A stretch of 64,000 bases of DNA, taken from NCBI GenBank assembly GCA_029263095.1, contig JAJCYA010000043.1:2470-66469 (forward strand), given 5' to 3'. A model generated the notes under the pieces. The model worked only from the letters and a program-made list of their open reading frames with translations, was not told where the DNA came from and searched no databases. Position numbers and translations under genes: made by a program. The DNA is from Acidimicrobiia bacterium (GTDB lineage Bacteria > Actinomycetota > Acidimicrobiia > Spongiisociales > UBA11373). Of this stretch, positions 56,520 to 64,000 are shown in pieces. Position 1 is the first letter of the stretch. Each line of letters begins with the position of its first letter.

Positions 56520-57332
56520 CTAGGTGCCTGCGACGTTACGGATCGATGAATGCCAGGGCATTACCGCCCGCTCGATGAGAGTGACGATGAGATAGAAGAT
56601 GATCCCGCTGAAGGAGGCAACCAGGATCGCCGCCCAAGCTTCGGCAAAGTGAAACAGCGCCGCCTGCTGCGATATGTAGATCCCCAGCGCGTCGCGCGAT
56701 CCCCCGAAATACTCGCTCACGATGGCGGCGATCACGCTCAGGCTGGTTCCAACCTTTAGCGCACTAAACAGATACGGCAGAGCGTTGGGAACTCTCACTT
56801 TGAGCAACAGCTCGCGGGGGGTCGATGCATACGACCGCATCAACTCCAGCTGCCGGGTGTCGATCTCTGTGAGCCCGCGCACCATGTTGATCATCACAGG
56901 GAAGAACACGATGACGGCCACGATGGCCATCTTCGCCATCGGGTTGGTGATACCGAACCAGTTGTTCATGATTGGCGCCAAGGCGATGATCGGCGTCGCA
57001 TTCACGGCAATGGCGAAGGGCATGAGGCCGTCCTTGACGACGGTCCAGCGGGCGGTGGTTAGGGCGATGAGCACTCCGGCGACTGCACCGATGACGAACC
57101 CACCCACCGCTTCCTTCATGGTGAACCATCCGGCGGGGACCACCACCGAGAACTCCTCTACGAATGTAGATGCGATCCGACTCGGCTTGGGCAGCAGGAA
57201 ACCCTGGATGTCGAAGACGATCACGATCAGCTCCCACAGAGCGATTCCGCCGAGGAAGATGAGCGTGGCGGGGAGGTAGCGACGGGCTGCGATCCTCAGG
57301 GCGCTCGGCGGCCTTGCAGCCGCAGTTGTCAT
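56520..57332 (-). CDS. ABC transporter permease, NitT/TauT family
   Basis: 270 aa, 6 TM. Closely resembles the permease at 47365..48366. Confidence 0.85.
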   Translation of the reverse strand: MTTAAARPPSALRIAARRYLPATLIFLGGIALWELIVIVFDIQGFLLPKPSRIASTFVEEFSVVVPAGWFTMKEAVGGFVIGAVAGVLIALTTARWTVVKDGLMPFAIAVNATPIIALAPIMNNWFGITNPMAKMAIVAVIVFFPVMINMVRGLTEIDTRQLELMRSYASTPRELLLKVRVPNALPYLFSALKVGTSLSVIAAIVSEYFGGSRDALGIYISQQAALFHFAEAWAAILVASFSGIIFYLIVTLIERAVMPWHSSIRNVAGT

Positions 57333-58105
57333 TGCCCTTCGACCCCGCGCAACGCCTCGCGCACTTCGGTGAGCTTCTCGTAGAAGCGGTCCGATTCCCT
57401 TGTGTCCTCATCACGGGGTTGGGGGAGATCGATATCGATGACGTCGGCGATTCGCCCCGGTCGCGGTGACATGACCACGACTCTTGTGCTGATAAACACG
57501 GCCTCGGGGATCGAGTGGGTGACGAATACGATCGTGGTACCGGTCTGCGACCAGATGTCGAGCACCTCGGCCTGCATTCGCTCCCGGGTCATCTCATCGA
57601 GCGCGCCAAAGGGCTCATCCATGAGCAGGATCGAAGGCTCGAACGAAAGCGCCCGCGCGATGGCAACCCGTTGCTGCATTCCTCCGGACAACTGCCACGG
57701 ATAGTGGCTCTTGAATTCGGAGAGGCCAACCAGATCGAGCATGGCGTCAGCTCGATCCTCCCTCTCCGTCTTGCTGCGACCCATGACCTCGAGCGGAAGC
57801 TGGACGTTCTTGGCTACGGAGCGCCACTCGTACAGCGTGGCCTGTTGGAACACCATCCCGTACTCGCGATCGAGTCTGGCCTGGTGGGCCGGCTTGTCGG
57901 CGACCGTCACCTTGCCACCGGACGGTTCGAGGAGATCACCGATGAGACGCAGCAGCGTGCTCTTGCCACATCCGGACGGGCCGATGAGTGAGAGGAACTC
58001 GCCGGGTTCGATGTGAAGGTCGATCCCTTGCAGCGCATCGACCTGATCGGAGGAGCCCTCATTGAAGATCTTGGCGACACCCTCTATGGCAACGGCAGTG
58101 CTCAT
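57329..58105 (-). CDS. ABC transporter ATP-binding protein, NitT/TauT (SsuB/ThiZ-like) family
   Basis: Walker A GPSGCGKST, signature LSGGMQQRVAIARAL, Walker B LLMDEPFGALD. Confidence 0.9.
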   Translation of the reverse strand: MSTAVAIEGVAKIFNEGSSDQVDALQGIDLHIEPGEFLSLIGPSGCGKSTLLRLIGDLLEPSGGKVTVADKPAHQARLDREYGMVFQQATLYEWRSVAKNVQLPLEVMGRSKTEREDRADAMLDLVGLSEFKSHYPWQLSGGMQQRVAIARALSFEPSILLMDEPFGALDEMTRERMQAEVLDIWSQTGTTIVFVTHSIPEAVFISTRVVVMSPRPGRIADVIDIDLPQPRDEDTRESDRFYEKLTEVREALRGVEGQ

Positions 58106-58161
58106 TGGTGGGGGAGATTACCCCGGAGGCCCTTGCGACGCTCCCAGGCGAGAGATCGGGC

Positions 58162-58584
58162 TCACTCGTCTGGAACAAGGCGCCTGCCGAGGCTCACGAC
58201 GTCGTCGCGGGAGAACCCGACCTGCTCGTAGAAGGCTATGGCATCCTCGTTGGAACCCCTCACCTGAGTATTGATCTTGGGGCATCCGAGCCGAGCTAGG
58301 CGCTCCTCGGCTGCCTGCATCATTGTCCGGCCGATTCCGTCTCCCCGGAGATCGGGGTGGACGGCCAGGTAGTTGACCCACCCTCGGTGGCCGTCATACC
58401 CGGCCATTGCCACAGCCACGATCCGACCATCGACCTCTCCGATCAGGAACCCGTCTGGATCGTGGGAAGCCTTACGGTCGATGTCGCGGTCGGGATCGTT
58501 CCAAGGTCGCAGCAGATCGCACGCCTGCCACAGCGCGACAACTTCGTGACGGTCGGCTTCATCGAAGGTCCGAACTTGAAGCAT
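58162..58584 (-). CDS. GNAT family N-acetyltransferase
   Basis: 140 aa. Motif A VHPDLRGDGIGRTMMQAAEERL. Confidence 0.75.
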   Translation of the reverse strand: MLQVRTFDEADRHEVVALWQACDLLRPWNDPDRDIDRKASHDPDGFLIGEVDGRIVAVAMAGYDGHRGWVNYLAVHPDLRGDGIGRTMMQAAEERLARLGCPKINTQVRGSNEDAIAFYEQVGFSRDDVVSLGRRLVPDE

Positions 58585-58586
58585 CG

Positions 58587-58877
58587 TTAGAGCCCTTTTC
58601 CAAGGGTCAACTCACTTCCGCCGTCGTCGCCTCGTGCCGGCTGCGACCGCTTCCAGCGGCCCTTGCTAAAACCCTGGTGGTACTCGAGCCGGGCGTTGAC
58701 GAACTCGTGCCCCGAATGGAGACGGTTCGATCGCTTCACCATGTGGACAAGGACTCCGAGTGTGATCGCGCCGAGGATGAACCCGCTCACGACGGTGGTT
58801 GCAGGACCCTTTTGTGCAAAGAGCCACCACGCCCATCCTGCGGCGAGCCCCCATGTGAAGACGATGAACCGGATCAC
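58587..58877 (-). CDS. small membrane protein (2 TM, Trp-rich; PLD-N/cardiolipin-synthase-N-terminal-like)
   Basis: VIRFIVFTWGLAAGWAWWLFAQKGPATTVVSGFILGAITLGVLVHMVKRSNRL... GTG start chosen after GGCGAGG. Stop abuts the GNAT start. Confidence 0.4.
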   Translation of the reverse strand: MIRFIVFTWGLAAGWAWWLFAQKGPATTVVSGFILGAITLGVLVHMVKRSNRLHSGHEFVNARLEYHQGFSKGRWKRSQPARGDDGGSELTLGKGL

Positions 58878-58950
58878 GATGCGAGCCTCGCCTGATTCAG
58901 TTGGATGGACGAATCGGTCGGCACTGTCCAGAGTTTGACCACCGGATCGG

Positions 58951-59544
58951 CTACTCCTCGCTGCTCGCCTGGAGCGCAAACACATTAAGTGCCACGGTGA
59001 AGAGGTCCTCGTCGGTGAACTGGCTGATCGCCCCATCGAGCCACAATGTTGCCAACCCGTGGACCGTCGCCCAAGCGCCAATGGCGAGGTGCAACGGATC
59101 CGGGTTCTCATACGCAGACAGGTCCATATCATCGACCGCTCTCATGAGCACACCGAACGCTCCATGGCTTGTTTCGTGCAGTTCGGGATCGGTGCTGTCG
59201 TGGAGTTCGGCTCGGAACATCACTTCGAAGTAAGCCCGGTGTTCTAGGGCGAAGCGGAGGTATTCGATGCCGATGGCGTCGAACCCTGGACGCCCTTGTC
59301 CCGCCTCGTCGAGTGCGGTTTGCATGCCGCTGCCGAACAGTTCGAAACCCCGCTCGGCGAAGGCGGTGAGTAGACCGAGCTTGTCTCCGAAGTGGTGTCC
59401 CGGTGCGCTGTGTGACACTCCCGCCCGTCGAGCGGCTTCCCGGAGGCTCACCGCCCCCACGCCCTTTTCGTCGATGATGGCGCCGACCGCATCGAGTAGG
59501 GCGTTCCTCAGGTCTCCGTGGTGATACGTGTCGCTTGAAGACAT
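58951..59544 (-). CDS. TetR/AcrR-family transcriptional regulator
   Basis: N-terminal HTH (YHHGDLRNALLDAVGAIIDEKGVGAVSLREAARRAGVSHSAPGHHF). Divergent from the MMPL gene. Confidence 0.8.
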   Translation of the reverse strand: MSSSDTYHHGDLRNALLDAVGAIIDEKGVGAVSLREAARRAGVSHSAPGHHFGDKLGLLTAFAERGFELFGSGMQTALDEAGQGRPGFDAIGIEYLRFALEHRAYFEVMFRAELHDSTDPELHETSHGAFGVLMRAVDDMDLSAYENPDPLHLAIGAWATVHGLATLWLDGAISQFTDEDLFTVALNVFALQASSEE

Positions 59545-59556
59545 ACAGACCATCAT

Positions 59557-59629
59557 AACTTGACAACGTCAACATTGCCGGGCATCATCTTGTCACTGTC
59601 AACTAGTCAGTGTCAAGACTGGAGCTTCA
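59557..59629. promoter_or_regulatory. divergent TetR/MMPL promoter region with repeated GTCAA-containing operator-like motifs
   Basis: TTGACAACGTCAA has inverted arms TTGAC/GTCAA. Direct repeat GTCACTGTCAA-cta-GTCAGTGTCAA. Repeated CATCAT(A/C).CTTG(A/T)CA. Confidence 0.4.
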
Positions 59630-62311
59630 ATGGACACCACGGATCGAGCGGGACGACTGACGGGATGGATCGCACAGCGTTCGACTCTCGTCATCGGCAT
59701 GAGCATCGTCATCACCGGACTGTTTGCGATCCCCTTTCTGGCGATGGAGCCCGATGATGCGGCCTCGCAGGAGCCGAGTGGCGTGGTCTTTGAGGCCCGC
59801 GACAAGATCGAAGACGAATTCGGCTCATCCGTCTTCACGACATTCCTCATTGTTGAGGATCGTCAAGGCGATCTCTTGCGAGCGGGCCCGTTGCGGGCGC
59901 TGCTTGCGGCCGAGGCAGACCTACGGGTCGATCCGGAGGTCGGACCGACCCTGTTCACGTATTTCGACAACGATGAGCGCACCGATGTCGTTGGGATCCA
60001 GTCGATTGCAGACCTGATTGATGCCCGGGTTCCCGGCGGTTTGGTCGCTGCCTCCGATGCTGATGTGAAACGGGTGGCGGCCCAACTAGTCGCCGAACGC
60101 GGGCCGACCGAATTAGGCCTGTCAGCTCAAACGACGACCGATCCCGACGGAATGCTGGTCTCCCCGGCGGCCCTCGTGCCCGTGATATCGGACGACACGA
60201 TTCTCGGATTCGGGGGAGGAGGGGTGCGTCTCGGGACCGACACCGCCTCCGAGGAGTACAGCCGCGATGTGCTCGAGGTGATCCGCACCGGTGAAACCGA
60301 GTACCGGGCCTGGGGGGTGGCGATCGACGTCAATCTCACTTCCTCCGAGCAGGGTGAGGTGGCGGGACCCTTCATCGGGTTCACAATCCTCGCCGTTCTG
60401 CTCATCGTCGGACTCACGTTCCGCAGCTATTGGGTTCTGGCAGTCACTGGTGCCGCCCTGTCGGCGCTCATCATCTGGCTCCAGGGAATCACGAACCTCC
60501 TCGGATTGAAGGACAGCTTGATCCTGTCGCTCATAGTCCCGATCGCGATGATTTCGTTCGGGGTGGACTTCGCGTTTCACGCCCTGGGGAGATACCGGGA
60601 ATCCAGAATGGAGGGCAGGCCACCGCGTGCGTCGTTCACAGTTGGCATCGCGGCCGTGCTGGGCGCCCTCACCCTGGCGTTGGCGTCCGACAGCGCCGCA
60701 TTCCTGTCGAATACTTCTGCCGGTATCGAGTCAATCGTCCAGTTCGGGATTGGGGCCGCAATTGCTCTCGTGGCTGCGTTTCTCCTGCTCGGGATTGTGA
60801 CTCCACTGGTGGTCATGAGAATCGAGGAGAAGGTGGGCTCGCCTGTGAAGAGCCGCGGACGACGGATCCTGTCGCTCAATGGCGCCGGTTTCGCCGCAGG
60901 CTTTGCGATGACGTCGGTCCTGCTCAGTGTGTTCATCCTCCCCGCTGGCGGTGTTGTGGCATTGGCCGTCTACATCGTTCTGTTCCTGGCGCTTCCGTAC
61001 CGCCTCGCCAAGCCGGGAGTTGGCAATAGGGCCACCGCCGGCCGGGAGCCGGGACGACCGACCCTCCTGATCGGCAGAATCATCACGAGGATCGTTTCGG
61101 TCCGTCGCTTCGTGCTTCCCGTGATTGCGGTTGTGACAATCCTTGCCATGACCCTGATGGTTCGGGTGCCCAGCGAATTCGACGTGAAGGACTTCTTTGC
61201 GGCCGACACCGACTTTGTTGTGAGCCTCGACAAGCTCGATGAGCATGGGGGGGAACAGGCCGGCGAACGTGCGGACATCCTGATCGAGGCCGATATGTCC
61301 GATCCCACGGCCTTGGCGGCCGTCGATCGATTCGCTGAGGAGGTACGCAGTCTCGATACACGACGATTCGGCCGAACCGACGACGGCGAAATCAACCTAC
61401 GCCCGGGGGTCCTCGAAGTGATCGATGAGGTGTGGGCCAGTCCTGTTGCTCAAGGAGCGGTTGCTCAGGTGACGGGTCTGACACTCACCGATACCGATGG
61501 CGATGGTCTGCCTGACGATTCAGAGCAACTCGATGCTCTCTACGGGTTCGTGTTGGAGGCAGGTGTCCCCTTCGACTTGCAGAACCTGGTGCTCACCCCG
61601 GACGACGTTCATGGTCGGTTGTCGGAGCAGTTCGACACCAGGATGCAGCTCGGGATCCCCGGTTCTCGCGAGGTCGACAACATCGTGGCCGCCCGCGAGG
61701 ACCTCCAGCCACTGATCGACGACCTCGTGGCGGAGCTACGAGACGTTGCTCCCGATGCCGCTGTGACGCTCACGGGCGGTCCGATTGCCCGCCAGGAGTC
61801 ACTCGACGCGATTCAGAGAACGCTCCAGATCAGCCTCCCGATCTCTGTTCTGCTTTGTCTGCTCATTGCCGGTCTGTTCATGAGATCGTTCCGGTATGGG
61901 TTGGCGTCGATCATTCCGATCCTGATCGTTGTCTCGTGGCTGTACGCCTTCATGTATCTGTTCGGATACGCGATCAACATGGTGACGGCAACGATTGGCG
62001 CGATCTCGATTGGCATCGGAATCGACTTCGCCATCCACTTCGCGATGCGATACCGGGAGGAACTCGCCCGAACCGGGAGTAGAGATGCAGCCGTTCGTGC
62101 CGCCGGTGAAGGCACCGGCGTGGCGCTGGTGGCGTCGGCGGCCTCGTCGATCGTTGGATTCGCCATCTTGGCGCTGGCGCCGATGCCGCTGTTTGCCTCG
62201 TACGGGCTTCTCACGGCCGTGATGATCGCGATGGCGCTTACGGCGTCGTTGCTGGTGCTGCCTTCGGTGTTGGTGATCATGACGCGAGACGGTGAGCCCG
62301 CGGCCGGCTGA
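59630..62311 (+). CDS. MMPL-family (RND superfamily) membrane transporter
   Basis: 893 aa. Two bundles of ~6 TM, each followed by a large soluble domain. Typical MmpL topology, paired with the divergent TetR. Confidence 0.85.
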   Translation: MDTTDRAGRLTGWIAQRSTLVIGMSIVITGLFAIPFLAMEPDDAASQEPSGVVFEARDKIEDEFGSSVFTTFLIVEDRQGDLLRAGPLRALLAAEADLRVDPEVGPTLFTYFDNDERTDVVGIQSIADLIDARVPGGLVAASDADVKRVAAQLVAERGPTELGLSAQTTTDPDGMLVSPAALVPVISDDTILGFGGGGVRLGTDTASEEYSRDVLEVIRTGETEYRAWGVAIDVNLTSSEQGEVAGPFIGFTILAVLLIVGLTFRSYWVLAVTGAALSALIIWLQGITNLLGLKDSLILSLIVPIAMISFGVDFAFHALGRYRESRMEGRPPRASFTVGIAAVLGALTLALASDSAAFLSNTSAGIESIVQFGIGAAIALVAAFLLLGIVTPLVVMRIEEKVGSPVKSRGRRILSLNGAGFAAGFAMTSVLLSVFILPAGGVVALAVYIVLFLALPYRLAKPGVGNRATAGREPGRPTLLIGRIITRIVSVRRFVLPVIAVVTILAMTLMVRVPSEFDVKDFFAADTDFVVSLDKLDEHGGEQAGERADILIEADMSDPTALAAVDRFAEEVRSLDTRRFGRTDDGEINLRPGVLEVIDEVWASPVAQGAVAQVTGLTLTDTDGDGLPDDSEQLDALYGFVLEAGVPFDLQNLVLTPDDVHGRLSEQFDTRMQLGIPGSREVDNIVAAREDLQPLIDDLVAELRDVAPDAAVTLTGGPIARQESLDAIQRTLQISLPISVLLCLLIAGLFMRSFRYGLASIIPILIVVSWLYAFMYLFGYAINMVTATIGAISIGIGIDFAIHFAMRYREELARTGSRDAAVRAAGEGTGVALVASAASSIVGFAILALAPMPLFASYGLLTAVMIAMALTASLLVLPSVLVIMTRDGEPAAG

Positions 62312-62459
62312 TCCGGATCCGTAGCTCCAACGCCGGGAGCTACGGGCTGTGGACTTCAGGTTCGAGTCGCAAGATTCCGAAGAAACCGATAAACCTTTCA
62401 TTGGCTTCGAGCGAGTTACCTTCGAGATGACCCTTCAACCCAAGAGGGAACGCAGATCG

Positions 62460-62993
62460 ATGGTGCGGAGCGACACGGAGAGGGCCAGGGGTCCTCGGCC
62501 GGTTCGGGCCGTGCCTGATTTCGAGTCGTTCTATAGAGGTGAGTACCGCGCCGTTGTCGGCTTGGCTTATGCCCTCTCTGGTAGTCGGATCGCAGCCGAG
62601 GACATCACCCAGGACGCATTCCTCGCTGCCCACAAGGAGTGGGACCGGGTTGCCTCCTACGACAGACCCGAGGCGTGGGTACGGCGGGTGGTGTCGAATC
62701 TGTCCGTGTCCTTCATGAGGACCAAGACGCGCGAGGCAGGAGCCATCATTCGGCTCAAATCGCGTGATGCCTACCTGCCGGTGATGCCCGAGGAGGATGC
62801 TCACTTCTGGAAGGCGGTTCGTGGTCTCCCCAGACGGCAGGCTCAGGTGATCGCTCTTCACTATCTGGAGGATCGGCCAGTAGCCGACATCGCCCTCATC
62901 CTCGGCTGTGCCGAGAACACGGTGAAAGTGCATCTCCATAAGGGGCGCCAGCGGCTGGCGCGCAAACTGGATGAGAGGGAGGAACGGTCATGA
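62460..62993 (+). CDS. ECF RNA polymerase sigma factor
   Basis: Region 2 (FESFYRGEYRAVVGLAYALSGSRIAAEDITQDAFLAAHKEWDRV...PEAWVRRVVSN) and region 4 (LPRRQAQVIALHYLEDRPVADIALILGCAENTVKVHLHKGRQRL). ATG at 62460 chosen. Track ORF starts at 62349. Confidence 0.8.
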   Translation: MVRSDTERARGPRPVRAVPDFESFYRGEYRAVVGLAYALSGSRIAAEDITQDAFLAAHKEWDRVASYDRPEAWVRRVVSNLSVSFMRTKTREAGAIIRLKSRDAYLPVMPEEDAHFWKAVRGLPRRQAQVIALHYLEDRPVADIALILGCAENTVKVHLHKGRQRLARKLDEREERS

Positions 62994-64000
62994 GCCTCGA
63001 ATCGCGCGCTGCTAGAGCATCACGATCCCTACGACGGACCGTCTCCGATCTCGCACCCGTCGGAATGCCTGCCGTGGTCCGTCGTCAGCGTCTCTCGACG
63101 TTCGCGAGCCTTGCTGCAGCTGCCGCCATGGTGCTTGTCTTTGCCGGCATCGCCTCGGCGATGCCGAGCTTCTTTGAACCCGAGCAGGTGGCCGCCACCG
63201 ATCCCTCGCTCCCTGAGCCGGACGGGAGTCCCACAGTCATCGAACCGGACGATCAGGAATCGAACGGCGAGCTCGTGGAGATGGAACAGAACTTCGACGT
63301 CGTTCCGGTGCGGCAGATGGTCTCCGAGTCCGATCTTCCCTCTCCGTGGACCAAGTTCTACGGAGATGCCTTGCCCGGAACCACGGTGATCGCGGTGTCC
63401 GATTGGGGAAGCGCCGATCTGGTGGTCGATGAACGAGGAGAGTTCTCGCTCAAGCTCGAGTTCGAACCGCTCCCCCCGGCCGGCCTCGAGTTCCCGATTC
63501 TGCTGACCGTCGGCAGCGCGGCCTACGAGTTCCACTTCACGTCTCTGTGGGATCCCGGCAACGTCGACATCACTGCTCATCAGTTGTACGGGATCAGTGA
63601 CGACATAGAGGCATACGAGAAGTTCTTTGGCACTGCACCTCCGGGGCTCGTGATCAGCGCCGAGTCGCCCTATGGCTCCGCAACGACCACATCAGGGGAT
63701 TCCGGCAAATGGAACCTCAAGCTGTGGTTTGACGATCTCCCGATAGGTGAGCCATTCGACGTGATTGTTCGCATCGCAGATGAAGTCTTCACCTTTGGTT
63801 TCGTGTCTGTCTACGAACCACCGCCGCTGCCGATATCGGTTTCTCAGGCCAACAGCACCTCCGACTCCTCGAGTCCGTGGGTGAAGTTCATTGTTGATGG
63901 TCCGGTGGGGACTGTTGTTGATATTTCGAGTTCGTATGGGTCGGTGAGTCGGACGATGACGGGTACCAATGAGTACGTGAAGTTGTGGTTCTCGTCGTTG
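62990..64000 (+). CDS. anti-sigma factor with one TM and repeated extracytoplasmic ~75-aa modules (partial, runs off window end)
   Basis: Hand translation from ATG 62990 (ATGA overlap with the sigma stop): MSLESRAARASRSLRRTVSDLAPVGMPAVVRRQRLSTFASLAAAAAMVLVFAGIASA... Followed by repeats of the pattern SPW-KF...PGT-V...GS...LKL-F. Not in the ORF track because no stop falls inside the window. Confidence 0.6.
   Translation, partial: MSLESRAARASRSLRRTVSDLAPVGMPAVVRRQRLSTFASLAAAAAMVLVFAGIASAMPSFFEPEQVAATDPSLPEPDGSPTVIEPDDQESNGELVEMEQNFDVVPVRQMVSESDLPSPWTKFYGDALPGTTVIAVSDWGSADLVVDERGEFSLKLEFEPLPPAGLEFPILLTVGSAAYEFHFTSLWDPGNVDITAHQLYGISDDIEAYEKFFGTAPPGLVISAESPYGSATTTSGDSGKWNLKLWFDDLPIGEPFDVIVRIADEVFTFGFVSVYEPPPLPISVSQANSTSDSSSPWVKFIVDGPVGTVVDISSSYGSVSRTMTGTNEYVKLWFSSL

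Noticed and set aside
1-64000. CRISPR arrays, tRNA/rRNA genes, transposases, integrases, phage or toxin-antitoxin modules
   Set aside because: No regularly spaced direct repeats with unique spacers. No tRNA-like T-loop/acceptor structures in the intergenic regions inspected. No DDE/tyrosine-recombinase-like ORFs. The window reads as conserved core chromosome.

Overview
High-GC actinobacterial chromosomal replication-origin region. The first ~13 kb is collinear with the Mycobacterium/Streptomyces oriC neighbourhood: recF(partial)-dnaN-dnaA | rpmH-rnpA-yidD-yidC-jag-rsmG-parA-parB, then on the minus strand cwlM-like, trxA, trxB, anti-sigma and a SigM-like ECF sigma. DnaA-box clusters lie both between dnaA and dnaN and upstream of dnaA.

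Downstream genes include:
- DegV, and a divergent GNAT acetyltransferase / HDAC-family deacetylase pair followed by an orphan PilT ATPase
- CCA-adding enzyme
- argR-argG-argH
- PrkA
- a cell-envelope operon: GT4 glycosyltransferase, a small protein, a lipoprotein with two tandem YpfJ-like Zn-peptidase domains (the second degenerate), and UppS
- histidine phosphatase and Nfo
- PadR-ino1, as next to Rv0046c/Rv0047c in M. tuberculosis
- a pyrimidine operon in unusual order, pyrC-pyrB-(pyrF::pyrE fusion)-pyrD, preceded by a terminator/attenuator hairpin and a possible leader peptide
- panB
- rpsF-ssb-rpsR-rplI-dnaB
- an NMT1/THI5-type ABC transporter with TetR, a GNAT and a small membrane protein
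- a divergent TetR/MMPL pair
- a second ECF sigma/anti-sigma pair that runs off the window

No CRISPR array, tRNA, rRNA, transposase or phage gene was recognised, and I found no clear novel system.

Possibly unreported items (none confirmed):
- unusual tandem repeats in the promoter of the SigM-like gene
- a family of C6/G6 hairpin elements that recurs in several intergenic regions, sharing exact 11-13-mers
- a 49-aa Cys-rich small ORF missed by the track
- a translationally coupled pair of a membrane protein with an SH3-like domain and an 845-aa secreted protein
- a decayed gene remnant upstream of an orphan ABC permease

Many long ORFs in the supplied track are antisense artefacts of high GC content and were rejected. 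Several real genes were absent from the track (rpmH, recF fragment, C-terminal anti-sigma).
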